This document shows positions 44,301-60,906 of a stretch of 64,000 bases of DNA, in pieces. The stretch lies in assembly GCF_009914755.1 (NCBI RefSeq), contig NC_060931.1; one strand, given 5' to 3'. The notes under the pieces were generated by a model. It did not search any database, was not told the origin of the DNA, and was given only the letters and a program-made list of their open reading frames with translations. This stretch comes from the human T2T-CHM13v2.0 reference genome, Homo sapiens. Numbering within the stretch: position 1 is the first letter of the stretch; every line of letters starts with the position of its first letter. The translations under genes and the position numbers were made by a program.

Positions 44301-44675
44301 AGAATTTAAAAGCTGTTAACTTTAAAAAAAAATCTGTTAAATAAATTATTGATAATTCTTTACCCTACCACTGAAAATACATCAAGACACTACCAACAAC
44401 AAAATAAAATTCAAGCCCTGACAAGAGACCCTTTCCAGTTCAAGGTCTCTTTTTAAGGTTCTACCCTCCTTCTTCCTCTCCCCCACCAGGTCCAAAATGG
44501 TTATTGCTGAGTGGGTGTGGCACAGTGAAAATGCAGCATCAGGTTCATTCTGTTCTTCGGGCAGTGTTCTTACTATACACACAAACTGCTCCAGGCAGGG
44601 GGACAGCGGAAGCTCCAGGCTCCTGCACCCCTAGACTGGTCTCCAAAGGGAAGAATGGCTGCAACAGCAGCTCTG

Positions 44676-44770
44676 TCACACAAAGAAACGTGCATGGCCA
44701 TTTCTGTTCAACTTAAGGATCTTCCCAAGACGTTGTTTGGCTGTTGCCATTCCTTTTTTTGGACGTTTAC
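44676..44770 (-). CDS. KDM7A: KDM7A terminal coding exon ([31 protein letters not shown])
   Basis: Acceptor ttatAG 44772-44771; TGA 44678-44676; C-terminal motif shared with PHF2/PHF8. Confidence 0.95.
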
Positions 44771-45385
44771 CTATAAAACACCAAAAGGGAGTGTAAGTAA
44801 TGATGAAAAGTACACTTAAGAGAGCACCTGGAAGACTACGGGGAGAGCTTTCTTTATGGGAAGTAAGCCCTTAGGTGTTCTGCATGGACAGAGTCATACT
44901 TCTGAACTTCCGCTGTTTAAAACCCTTCCACCTCATCACACTAGGCCCTCACAAGACTCACAAGGCTTCCCACAGTCTGGTCTGCCTGCTCTTCAGCCTG
45001 GGCTCTTCCCTATCCTGCATTACACTATGCTTAGGCAACAAAACTGACTACCATTTCACAAATACCCCATATCCTGCTTCTCCCCTTTGTGCCCTGCCTC
45101 AGGCTCAATCCTCTGACTTCAAAGCTGTCTATTCTGTCACTTTCCCCAATTCAGCCTGGCTAACCCCTGAACATCTGATTTTAGGATCTGTCTCTCGCTC
45201 CTCAGAGCTGACTTGGGTATCCTTTTTCTTTGTTCCTGTAGTAGCCTGTGTATACTGCCATCACTATGCTGTCTACTATGCATGAGATGTTGAACAACTT
45301 GAGTGCAGAGACTACACCTCAACTGCCATGATGACCATCACATACAGTCAGAAATATACTTTCTCTATACATGTGTGAAAGTTAC

Positions 45386-45659
45386 CTTTTGTTGCCTGGT
45401 TGCTGATAGGTGGTGGATTTGATGCCGGTCTCTTGGTGGGGTGAAGGGGCACCGAGAAGGAAGTTTCACCAACTGGCCTTTCTGGGCTTAGACTGCCATT
45501 ACTTATCTGGCACGCCCCCGAAGTCAGGTTTGAATTCTGCATATACTTTCCATTCTGAAGGCTTGAGCCGCTGCTGTCCACATAATTCCTACTTTGTACC
45601 CTCTGACTAATTTCTGATGAACCTTCCTTTCTGATGCATTTCTGGCTTCTACTTAGATC
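45386..45659 (-). CDS. KDM7A: KDM7A coding exon (DLSRSQKCIRKEGSSE...SNQATK)
   Basis: cttcAG acceptor, AAG|GTAACT donor; 274 nt, phase 0 to 1. Confidence 0.93.
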
Positions 45660-47636
45660 CTGAAGGAGGAGGAAGGACATGAGGCTGAATTTTTAGGGTT
45701 TAAATGAGGTATTTAAGCTCTCTATGCATTGGCAAAGTCAAGTGAGAGAAGAAACAAACTACTGAATTCTGATTTTCTTAACATCTATTAGCCACGGATG
45801 ACCACTCCTGCATGATGTCGTCTCAGTAGCTCTGAAGGACTCGGGTCTTTAAGTTGCATCGTAAGTTAAGAAGGCGAAAGAGAGAGTGAGAGAAAACAAC
45901 GTAAACAGGCACCACGCCCTACTTGCTACTCAGCTCAGTGAGCACATGCCAACGCAGGGACCCTGAGCTGGGGGAATGGATCGATCTCCCACTTCCCTGG
46001 CAAGTCACAGCTCCCTTGGACCTCTCATGTGTCATGTTCTTTTCTAGAGTCTATCTTCTATCAGGTTCATCTCCACTGTATTTTTTTGCTAGGAAATCCT
46101 TAGATCCAGAGTGCCAAGCTTGGTGTTTTCCTTTCACTACAACTACTCTTTCAGTCTCTTAAGACTATCGAGTAAACTTTCAGGGGGCAAAAAAAACGCT
46201 ACTGATTGATGAGTCTTGAAATTAACTGAGAGGGTTATAACCAGCACTAAAAAGAGAAAGGAACAGACTAGATGTGAACAGAGTACACTATAGTGTGAAT
46301 GTTTCATGAAACCAGTTTTCATTATGCTAATCATCCATCCTCTATGTCTTCATTTATTTTCAAAAACAATTATAAAAAGAACAGCCAGATTTAAATAATA
46401 GCTCAAATTACATAATGAATCCTATAGTGCTAGTAAGTGATAAACTTTATGACCAGCTACAGTGAGGCACTATAAAATCATACACCGAAAAGTAAATTAT
46501 AATGAGATTTCTTATGACCTTTGACTCTGGAATGTATCCTTCTAGTCAAAGAACGTATACTCACAAAGCCTTCCTTTAAAAAAAAAACTTGCTTCTTTTT
46601 CTTATGCAAGTAATTGCTTAAATATTTAGAAAATATAGACAAGCCAAATTTAAAAAATTAATAAAAACCACCCATAATTCTACTACTCAGAGATTAATGA
46701 TGTTCCATATTTAGGGGTAGAGTCTTTTCTGTCTATATACACGGGTGTCTCCTCCTCCAGGGATTTTAATCCATTCCTCCAGTCACCTCAGGGCTCTGGA
46801 AGATGGCAAAACCCAGGAGGCCTTTTTCACTTCTGCTGAGGTCTTTCGGTGCCATGTGAAAGCTTTATTCATAAGAGATTTTTCCCTTCACTTCTTAAAC
46901 AGTCGACTCATGTTCCCCTCTGTCTCCTCTTCCCTCCTTCCCTTCTCCCCCACAAATGTTTCTTCACTCAGAGGAGAACTAGAGGCAATATTTCTGCCTT
47001 TGCTGATTTACTTTCTTTCTTATGTGTGCTTGGGGTAGAGAGGTTTGGGGCCCCACAGTGCCACATGAGAACTTTGATTCTTTCTTTGGCTGCCATTTTC
47101 CAAGGTTTGCAAAAAAAGGTTGTATCACTTCTCTTGTTTGGTGCTGCTGATAAAGTTTTAGTTTTTTCAAAACTGCTATTTTGGGTTCATTTGATAATGT
47201 AAGCAAAAGTTGTGTTTATCATGAATGTATTTTCTAGAAAGACAATCTGTAACTTTCATCAAATGCTCAAAGAAATTCAGTATCCAAAACCGTTCAAGAA
47301 ACAGCATCAGAGATTAAAAAGATATGATATTCATCTTTTCCTTGAATATTTCATTCTAACCAGATATAACCTACATGGGTTGGCAGCCAGTGGTTTAACT
47401 GCTTCCTTGAATAAATTATTCTTTTCCAGATCACATTCTATCCATGAGCCTTATGTTAGTTATCATTTCGGCATCTCTCAAAATGGACAGTTGTTCAAAT
47501 GTGCATTTAACTGTAATTTTCTGGCTGCCTAGATCTAGCAGTTGATAACTGGTTGTTACAGTTTTAAAAAAGAAAGCAAAAACAACGTTAATGATCATTT
47601 TAAATCTCCTTTTAACGTTTCAAACTTTGAATATAC

Positions 47637-47719
47637 CTGAGGATGAAATCTGGAAGTATCAAACTGTTTAATCCAGGAGGAAGTCCTCAAGTCTGGATCT
47701 TCAGTCTTGACATGGTATC
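47637..47719 (-). CDS. KDM7A: KDM7A coding exon (GYHVKTEDPDLRTSSWIKQFDTSRFHPQ)
   Basis: ctttAG acceptor, CAG|GTATAT donor; 83 nt, phase 1 to 0. Confidence 0.92.
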
Positions 47720-47804
47720 CTAAAGAGAAGTTTTAGTTTAATTAACTTTGCACAAACTTGATTTGAAATGACAAAATTAGCCTAATGCTTAAAAATGAAA
47801 GCAG

Positions 47805-48129
<325 letters not shown>

Positions 48130-48281
48130 TTAAAAACACATTAACTCTTTAGATACTCATTTGCATACCTTTACCTTCACTATATGCCTTTCCCTCAAAA
48201 ACAAAAAGTCACCAATTCATAACCTATTATGCTAATTCTTTTGATTCTCTCAAAGACTGTCTTCATTTATTCATTCATTCT

Positions 48282-48373
48282 CTAGTCAAGTGAAGCAGTG
48301 AGATGGAGAAGAAACAAAGAAATCTGTAATTGTTTGTGATCAAATAGTTATAAACACCATACTCAGACCAGCC
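48282..48373 (-). pseudogene. Y RNA (RNY3-derived) processed pseudogene
   Basis: Minus strand GGCTGGTCTGAGT..ATGGTGTTTATAACTATTTGATCACAAACAATTACAGATTTCTTTGTTTCTTCTCCATCTCACTGCTTCACTTGACTAG matches hY3 as I recall it; A-rich tail and perfect TSD tcaaagactgtctt (48250-48263 / 48374-48387). Confidence 0.9.
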
Positions 48374-48434
48374 TCAAAGACTGTCTTTATATGATGGGTT
48401 TTGGGCTAGATGCTGGAAGATCTACAATCAAATT

Positions 48435-48726
<292 letters not shown>

Positions 48727-49177
48727 TGATCTAGAATCAAATTCCATGGCCGCCTATTGTATATGTAAAACCAATGCAATAATTCTCTATAAAAATGGTA
48801 TATTTTTCCACATAGAATAAAGGCAGGTATTTGCCTGAATTTTGCAGTATTTCCATAGAAGTGTTCTCTTTCAAGGGACTAAAGGAAGACAAAATGGTGC
48901 AGTACAAAAAGAGACAAACCCAGATTTGAATTTGAGTTCTTCCATTACCAACGCAACTTTAGGCAACTTATTTATCCTCTCCAAACTTCAATTTCCTCTT
49001 ATACAATAAGCAAAGACTTTGAGATCAGATGGTCCCGGCTTCAAATTCCAATACCACTGAGTAATAGTTACATGAAGTACAGACAAGTTAAATTAGTTTT
49101 ACTAAGTCTTATTTCCTTTACCTGTAAAATGGGAGTGATTTTACCTACAAGTATTGTTTTAAGAATTAAGTGAAATA

Positions 49178-49489
<312 letters not shown>

Positions 49490-50135
49490 TTATTTCAGTG
49501 AAATGGATGTCAAGCTCCTGGTATACAATTGATAATTATGTAGGATCAAACATATTTATTATATAGGCATTCAATTTTAATATAGTACTATCTTCTCCCC
49601 GGTCCTCCTCAGGCTTTTTGGGATACAAACATTTTCTCTAAAGGCACAAGGAAGAAAACACTATGTGGCATGCCTAACACTGCCACTGAGTCTACCCTCT
49701 TTTCCTAATACTTTCTTTTCAAGTAGGAGAAGGAATAGCCTCAATCAGAAAGAAACAGTTTAAAACTTATTTTTCCTCTCATAAAAGGAAAAAGGGCTGA
49801 TTGTTCAAGCTTAGTTGGCCATTTAAGGCACCAAAACACTCCTTCCACTCTGATCAACCTGTCTGTAAAAGGGAAATAATACTAACTGGCTTGCAATAAC
49901 AATGGTAGAATGATGCTAGTGAACACAGTTGTCAATCCCAGGTAATTTACATTTTGAGTTCTTCTGCTTCCATCTTACGTGATATGTCAGCATTGTGCTT
50001 TTTTTGGTCAACCTTCTTAACACATTTCCAATTAAAGATGCTTATTCATAATCTCTAACCTAAATGAGGATTATTGAGCCATTAAGTTGGGCAACATATG
50101 TTACTTTTTAGAGACTGATAATTTATGTTTCTTAC

Positions 50136-50344
50136 CACATTCCACTGGTTTATCATAGCGATACAACTGCCTAACCTCATGGTTACTGCCATGGCAGCTG
50201 CTGGGATCCTGGAGAGAGTTTCTTTCACCACTGCAGTCTGTGCTTTGTATTTGCCTTTGTAAACACGTGGAATAGTGCAACCCTGCCATAGACAGCATGC
50301 CCTGAATAGCTTCTTCCTCTGTGCTCGTCGAGGTAGGACATTCC
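50136..50344 (-). CDS. KDM7A: KDM7A coding exon (RECPTSTSTEEEAIQGMLSMAGL...DKPVEC)
   Basis: ctttAG acceptor, GTG|GTAAGA donor; 209 nt; EEAIQGMLSMA motif conserved in the KDM7 family. Confidence 0.95.
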
Positions 50345-50479
50345 CTAAAGAAGAGATGATCCAAAAACACAAGAGTCTATTTTTTCTGATGACATTTTTG
50401 GTAAAATTTAAAACTAAAAAAAGTGTTCATAGTATTTACCTTACAATATAATAAGACTTACTACTATCAGCAAGCCTAC

Positions 50480-50628
50480 CTTTTAATTGGAATTTCACTT
50501 CTAGATGGCTTCTGGCTCTTTTGAAGGAAGTTCCTCATCACATTAGATTCCTCCTTAAAGTTGGATGTTATTTCTTGTTTCTTTTCATCACCTGAACTTT
50601 CAGACTCTTCAGTGGTAAAGATACTTTT
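50480..50628 (-). CDS. KDM7A: KDM7A coding exon (KSIFTTEESESSGDEKKQE...SEIPIK)
   Basis: tctcAG acceptor, AAG|GTAGGC donor; 149 nt, phase 0 to 2. Confidence 0.92.
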
Positions 50629-51124
50629 CTGAGATGATAATTACATGGAAACAAAGCTACATAAGAAATTGACCAAGTCTGTACAAATGAATCCGAAAAG
50701 ATTTTATACATCTAGAGAAAGTCAGAATCTTAATTATCAGGGAATTATTTCTGTAATTCACATGAAAAAAATGATAATCTCTATTAACTACATGAACATA
50801 CTACCTTGATTAAAAAAATACACAGTATAGGCTTTCTTTAAGGTAAAATAAAATATAATCCATGAGAAATATGAAACAAGAATAGTATAAGCAAAGGAGT
50901 CTCTCCCTCTACCCTTTCCAAAATCAGACAAAAGCTCTATGTCTCAAATGTGAATGGTCACATGATGGCATGTGTGTACACTGACCACCACAGAAGACCC
51001 TGTGCTATGTAAGTCAGACAGACAAGCTTTGAGAAAAGCTGTCATTTGCCTTGCTTCCAGGAGAAGTTACGTGGTGCTCATCTTTCCATCAAATAACGTA
51101 CAAGCCATGGGGTCTCAGGCGTAC

Positions 51125-51222
51125 CAGTGCAGTGCACTCGGGTCCGGAGTCTTCTGACTCAGAAATATCAGAATATCCTGATGATCTACTCCTGAGTTCT
51201 GATTTCACACGTGTAAAAAACC
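51125..51222 (-). CDS. KDM7A: KDM7A coding exon (GFFTRVKSELRSRSSGYSDISESEDSGPECTAL)
   Basis: tttcAG acceptor, CTG|GTACGC donor; 98 nt, phase 1 to 0. Confidence 0.92.
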
Positions 51223-52458
51223 CTGAAAAAGAATGAAAGGATGAGAAAAAGAGAAAGTCATTTGACTACGATGAACAAGGTGACAAGATGGTATCTAAAG
51301 TCCACCCAGCTTGTGATGTCTCTCAATCTCTCTTGCTCTACCCTCCTTTTTCACTTTTATTTTCTTCATTTCTTTCTCCCCTTAAGGTCTTTCTCCCTAA
51401 TTGGCCAAGACACAGACTGAAGTATATTCTCAAATATTAAGTGTGGTATTTCCATAATTATATATTCCTTACTTGGACGGATTGACTGTTTTGTATTTCT
51501 TTCCAGAAGAAAAATGCTGAAACTAAAATTAGCTATCAGATGCTTTTCACACTTCTCCTTTTGCATTAGTTGTATCATTAGAAAACAAAAAGATAACCTT
51601 CCCAAACGTAAAACGCATTCACGTAGATAGTGAATTCAACACGCTTATAAACTGGGTTCTTTCATGAGTCACTAACATATAGCAATGGTTTGATGGATTC
51701 CTGTTGATTAGCACCTGGTGTGTGCAAAGACAGAGTCACCAACTACAGCAGTGCCAATTTCACTCAGATTAGCAGGAACTGGGGTGTTCAACATGGATTA
51801 AATAATGTTAGTTATCTGAAACATTTATTTGTCAAGTACCAAAGTATATATTTGAACTACTTTTTAAAATAGAAAGGAATACAGAGATCCTGAAATATAT
51901 TGAGAAACTAAGGCTTAATTCAAAGAAGAAAGACCTTAAGGAGAAGGAGGTGTTACTATTTTGCCATACTGATGATAACCAATTAATAACCCAGTAGAGG
52001 CCTTCTTGTCAACAGGTAATCAATTAAAACCACAATGCATGGATTACTAACAGCTTCAGATTAGCTAATCATATATACTTCCTAATTCTGAAAACCATAC
52101 ACATGGTAGCTGAACTTACATATAAAATTAAACGAAACTTGAAACTTTTATTTTGGGGAGTAGAGGCCTATAACATGCATGAGCTTTCAAGTGACTCTTT
52201 AAAAACTGACTAGATGAGTGCAGCTCTAACCCACAAACATCCCCTCACTGAGAACACCGCCCCTGGCCACTGGGCGTATACCTCACTGGGCATTCACGTT
52301 CAGCACTTCTCTCATACTTCAGATTTTTCAAGACAGTTTTAGGGACACAAAAGTTTTCTGCTATTTTAAACTTAAGAACTTCAAAATTAGCAAGTTACTT
52401 TACATATTATCACATTAGTAATCAAAAGATCTTTAAAATAACCATTAAAAAAACATAC

Positions 52459-52613
52459 CATTCAGTGGTTTTTGAGATTCTTCATGTTCCACTCCCTCTA
52501 CTCCTGAACTCTCTTCTATCTTCATTTTTGCCTTTTTTGTCCTTCTTTTATCCTCTTCATTTTCACTATCTGCTGTATAAAGACTTTGATCTGCAAAGGG
52601 CTGCCTTTCATCT
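52459..52613 (-). CDS. KDM7A: KDM7A coding exon (DERQPFADQSLYTADSENEEDK...QKPLN)
   Basis: atacAG acceptor, ATG|GTATGT donor; 155 nt, phase 2 to 1. Confidence 0.92.
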
Positions 52614-52772
52614 CTGTATTAAGAAGGAAAAGTAATCAGAATATAGTGCAAGACTCTGTAGCCAAACAGTATTTATTCCCCTCTCCCTTAATTTACAAAG
52701 AGTAGAGAATTGAGACACTGTCCCCATATTTCATTCAACTGTGCAATAGTATGCGCTAGGGATCTGAGGTTC

Positions 52773-53075
52773 GTTTTTTGTTTTTGTTTTTTGAGACAGG
52801 GTCTTGCTCTGTTGCCCTGGCTGGAGTGCAGTGGCACAATCATAGCTCACTGTAAGTTTGAACTCCTGGGCTCAAGCGATCCTCTCACCTCAGTTTCTCA
52901 AGTAGCCAGGACTACAGGCATGGCCACCACACCCAGCTAATTTATTTTTATTTTTTTGTAGAGATGGAGTCTTGCTAAGTTGCCCAAGCTAGTTTTAAAC
53001 TCCTGGTCTCAAGAGATCCTCCCACCTCAGACTCCCAAATCAACTTGGGATTACAGGTGTGAGCCACTGAGCTCA
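52773..53075 (-). mobile_element. Alu (AluJ-like)
   Basis: Reverse Alu. Confidence 0.85.
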
Positions 53076-53087
53076 TTACAGATTAAA

Positions 53088-53411
53088 CGGGGGTCCCCAA
53101 CCCCTGGGCCATAGACTGGTACCAGTCCGTGGCCTGTTAGGAACCAGGCCACACAGCAGGAGGTAAGTAGTGGGTGAGTGAGCATTACCACCTGAGCTCT
53201 GTCTCCTGTCAGATCAGTGGCAGCATTAGATTGTCATAGGAGCGTGAACCATATTGTGAACTACACATGTCCAAGAGTTACACACTCCTTATGAGAATCT
53301 AATGCCTGATGATATGAGGTGCAACAGTTTAATCCCAAAACCATTCCCTGGCTGAGAAAAAACTGTCTTCCACAAAACCGGTCCCTGGTGCCAGAAAGGT
53401 TGAGGACCACT
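53088..53411 (+). mobile_element. MER1B-like hAT DNA transposon
   Basis: ggggtccccaacccctgggcc...ggcctgttaggaacc...aaaggttgaggaccactg termini. Confidence 0.8.
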
Positions 53412-53478
53412 GGGTTAAATGAACAAAGGGAACCCAATGAAAATTAATCTATTTGATACTCTGATTTACTTTACATAC

Positions 53479-53603
53479 TTAATTATTCTTCCATTTGTCA
53501 GCAGTAATCGTAGATCATTATCTTTCGCTCTCCATTCAGGTACTGTGGAGGATGGTTGGAGATGTTTGTTGAATTTTCCATTCAGTTTAGAGCTCAAGAT
53601 GTC
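53479..53603 (-). CDS. KDM7A: KDM7A coding exon (DILSSKLNGKFNKHLQPSSTVPEWRAKDNDLRLLLTNGRIIK)
   Basis: cttcAG acceptor, TAA|GTATGT donor; 125 nt, phase 0 to 2. Confidence 0.93.
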
Positions 53604-54239
53604 CTGAAGGTATAAATGCAGAACTTACTTACCATCCACCCTCAGGTAGCCCTGTTCGACTGATGGAATACAGTATACCACCACCTCCCCCATGGTCCTG
53701 CATCTCAAAGATACAGGCAGCCACCTGGGCTTGGGGATATGCAGCAGTATGGCACTCCAGAGTTCCTAAAGCCAAAGTAAGAGTATGGCTCATCTTTCTG
53801 GAGGGCCATTAACCATGAAATGCATTCTAGAAAGTAAAACATAAAATATGCATAAAGTGAATTCAAAGAAATTTCATTCTTGCAGAAAGCTGAAAAACTG
53901 GAGAAGCACTGCCTCAGAGTATTTTAGCTCTCTTCCCCTTGCTTCTTCCTGCTAAAGTGCTAGCTACTGGGCCTTTCCATTCACCCATCCTTCATCTAAT
54001 ACCTAGTCAGCAACTTATAGCTCACCACACTGCTACCACTAGGAACAAGGGTCACCATGCGACATAAAGGCAGTAGCTGGGTTTTAATGAATCAAAAAGA
54101 CTTCCTTTTCATAGTGATTTTCCCCTTAATAATAAATAGAACCTTTCATAATAAGCTTAATCTTCTCTGATGATTACAGTTTAGAACAGCATAATCTTAA
54201 AACATTATAATTACATACAATTTAAAATATTTTAAAAAG

Positions 54240-54240
<1 letters not shown>

Positions 54241-54276
<36 letters not shown>

Positions 54277-54659
54277 TTTTTTTTGTTTGTTTGTTTGTTT
54301 GTTTGTTTGGAGACGGAGTCTCGCTCTGTCGCCCAGGCTGGAGTGCAATGGCATGATCTCGGCTCACTGCAAGCTCCGCCTCCCGGGTTCACACCAGTCT
54401 CCTGCCTCAGCCTCCTGAGTAGCTGGAACTACAGGCACCCGCCACTGCGCCTGGCTAATTTTTTGTATTTTTAGTAGAGACGGGGTTTCACCGTGGTCTC
54501 GATCTCCTGACCTCGTGATCCACCCGCCTCGGCCTCCCAATTTTTTTTTTTTTTAAGCCAGGATCTAGTTATGTTGGCCTTAAACTCCTGGGCTTAAATG
54601 ATCCTCCTGACTTAGTCTCCTAAGTAGCTGGGACTACAGGCCCACACCACAGCACCTGG
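54241..54659 (-). mobile_element. (TA)n followed by an AluY-like element (54277-54540) and an Alu monomer (54541-54659)
   Basis: Direct reading; Alu diagnostics. Confidence 0.85.
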
Positions 54660-55481
54660 TTCTTCGATCTTATTCATTTAAAATGGCTGCTTATCCTCTT
54701 CTTGGGATGTAAAAGTATGGATGATGCAGAGCTCACTACAAAGTCACTACCATGTTCTGCAAAGGGGCTACACTGATCTCATTACTACCTCCCACTCTCC
54801 CCTTTGTCCAGTAGGCCAGCACTTCACGAAGTTTAAGAGTTTCTTCTGACAGTCTCCCAGTCTAACAGTCCTCCAGGCTGACTGCTGGCTCAAGTAGAGG
54901 CTTTCTGCATTTGCTCTTCCCTCTGCCTGTAATGCCATTCCTCCAATCACCACGTAACCATTTGACTTCTTCCTATTTGTTACTCAGCTGTCGGTTCAAA
55001 CCTGAGAGGCTCTCTGACCACCTTAGCTAAAGCAGCCAGCTTTACCCCATCCCCCTTTATTCTGTTGTTCTATTGTTTTGGGTTTTTTTTAAATAACGCT
55101 TATCATCTGAAATTGTATTATTTTAGTATATGTCTCTGTCTCCCCATCCTTCCAGCTTGAACTAGGATGGAAGCTTCATGAGGGGCAGGGACTTAAGTTT
55201 TGCTCACAATCTTCTCCAGAGCCTAGAAGAGGAAATGGTACTTGCTAAAGACTCAATAAACATATCAGCAATCGAATGAGGTCTATTCATTCAAATTCTA
55301 CACTAAAACTTAGAAAGATTAAGCACCACTCCCTGTCACAGGCATAACTACTGGTTGATCCCTACAATGCTGCAGCCAAGATTAGATATCAACAATAGTC
55401 AAGACTATTCTCTTATTATCCCTATAAAGACTTTAAGGAACAGCCAAGTTTCTTTTTGTTGTCATGAAACATAATACTTGC

Positions 55482-55691
55482 CTCTTCCCATGGACACATC
55501 TCTAATCTTTTGAGGACCTCCCTTGTGTGGAGCTCTAGGATGTCTAGGTTAGAAGGAGTTCGGACATTATGATCTCGAAGTTTCCTCATCTTTCTTCGGG
55601 AATGGTATGGGGAAGTTGCTTCATTTGAGGATCGTGAAACTGGACACACAATAGGAATTCCCTGAGATTTAACTGGTTTGCCGTTTTCCTC
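55482..55691 (-). CDS. KDM7A: KDM7A coding exon (EENGKPVKSQGIPIVCPVSRSS...LEMCPWEE) ending at a GC donor; upstream exons lie beyond the right edge
   Basis: taaAG acceptor 55693-55692; 210 nt; only GAG|GCAAGT keeps frame with the next exon (DILSS). Confidence 0.9.
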
Positions 55692-55905
55692 CTTTAAGAA
55701 TTAAAATCAGAGTATTTTTATAAGAAGGCTGTTACACACATACGTGACTAAATAATCATCCATAAAAATATTTCAGAAAACAAAAACCATTCAGTTTAAC
55801 CATATAAACACAAAAAAGACTAAATCCTAAGCTTCAAACAGCTTTGCTGAGAACTTTATATCCCTTCTCTCTCCAACATAATATACTGTGAACATACTTC
55901 CTTGA

Positions 55906-56207
<302 letters not shown>

Positions 56208-56479
56208 TTGATTTTCAATATCTTATTAAAGGCTGTGTTGCATTCCACTGTTAATTTTCTGACCTAATACTTACTGGTAGCCATTTAGGCTGCTGTTCTT
56301 TCCGACAATGAACATTCTTTTCACGTACGTATTTGAATAAATTAAGAATTACTTTTTAAACTAAAATTATACATCTATGTAGTTTTAAAAATTAAATATT
56401 CTATAAGCATATCATGAAAAATAGCAGCCTCCTCTTCCCCATCCCTCTCATTCTCCAGAGGCAACCACTTGCAACATTT

Positions 56480-56838
56480 TTTTACTGTGGTAACATAAAC
56501 ATAAAATCTGCCATTTTAACAATTTTTAAGTGTACAGTTTAGTGGCATTAAGTAGAGTCACAGTGTTGCACAACCATCACTGCCATCCATCTCGAGAAGC
56601 TTCTCATCTGCACAAACTGAAACCTGAAACTGTACCCACTACACAATAATTTCCCATTCTCCCTTCCCGCCAACCCCTAGCAACTACCATTCTACTTGCA
56701 TTCTCTATGAATTTGACACTTCTAGGAACCTCATATAAGTGGAATTTTATAAAATTTGTCCTTTGGTGACTGGCTTATTTCACTTAGCAAAATATCTTCA
56801 AGGTTCATCCACGCTATACCATGTGTCAGCATTTCCTT
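56480..56838 (-). mobile_element. Older L1MB-like 3' end, continuing at 62936-63130 after the L1PA insertion
   Basis: cattttaacaatttttaagtgtacag...gcatttcctt [L1PA] cttttataaggctgagtagtattccac. Confidence 0.7.
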
Positions 56839-57059
56839 TTTTTTTTTATTTTAATTATTATACTTTAAGTTCTAGGGTACATGTGCACAACGTGCAGATT
56901 TGTTACATATGTATACATGTGCCATGTTGGTGTGCTGCACCCATTAACTTGTCATTTACATTAGGATTTCTCCTAATGTTATCCCTCCCCCCCCCCTCCA
57001 ACCCACGACAGGTCCCAGTGTGTGATGTTCCCCACCCTGTGTCCATGTGTTCTCATTGT

Positions 57060-60843
<3,784 letters not shown>

Positions 60844-60906
60844 TATGATGTTAGCTGCTTATTTTGCTTGTTAGTTGGTGCAGTTTCTTCCTAGCCTTGA
60901 TGGTCT

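Larger units (their letters stand above)
38340..44675 (-). other. KDM7A: KDM7A 3'UTR (~6.3 kb; distal end approximate)
   Basis: AU-rich, Alu-free sequence downstream of the TGA; ends at a poly(A)-signal cluster near 38370-38464. Confidence 0.7.
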
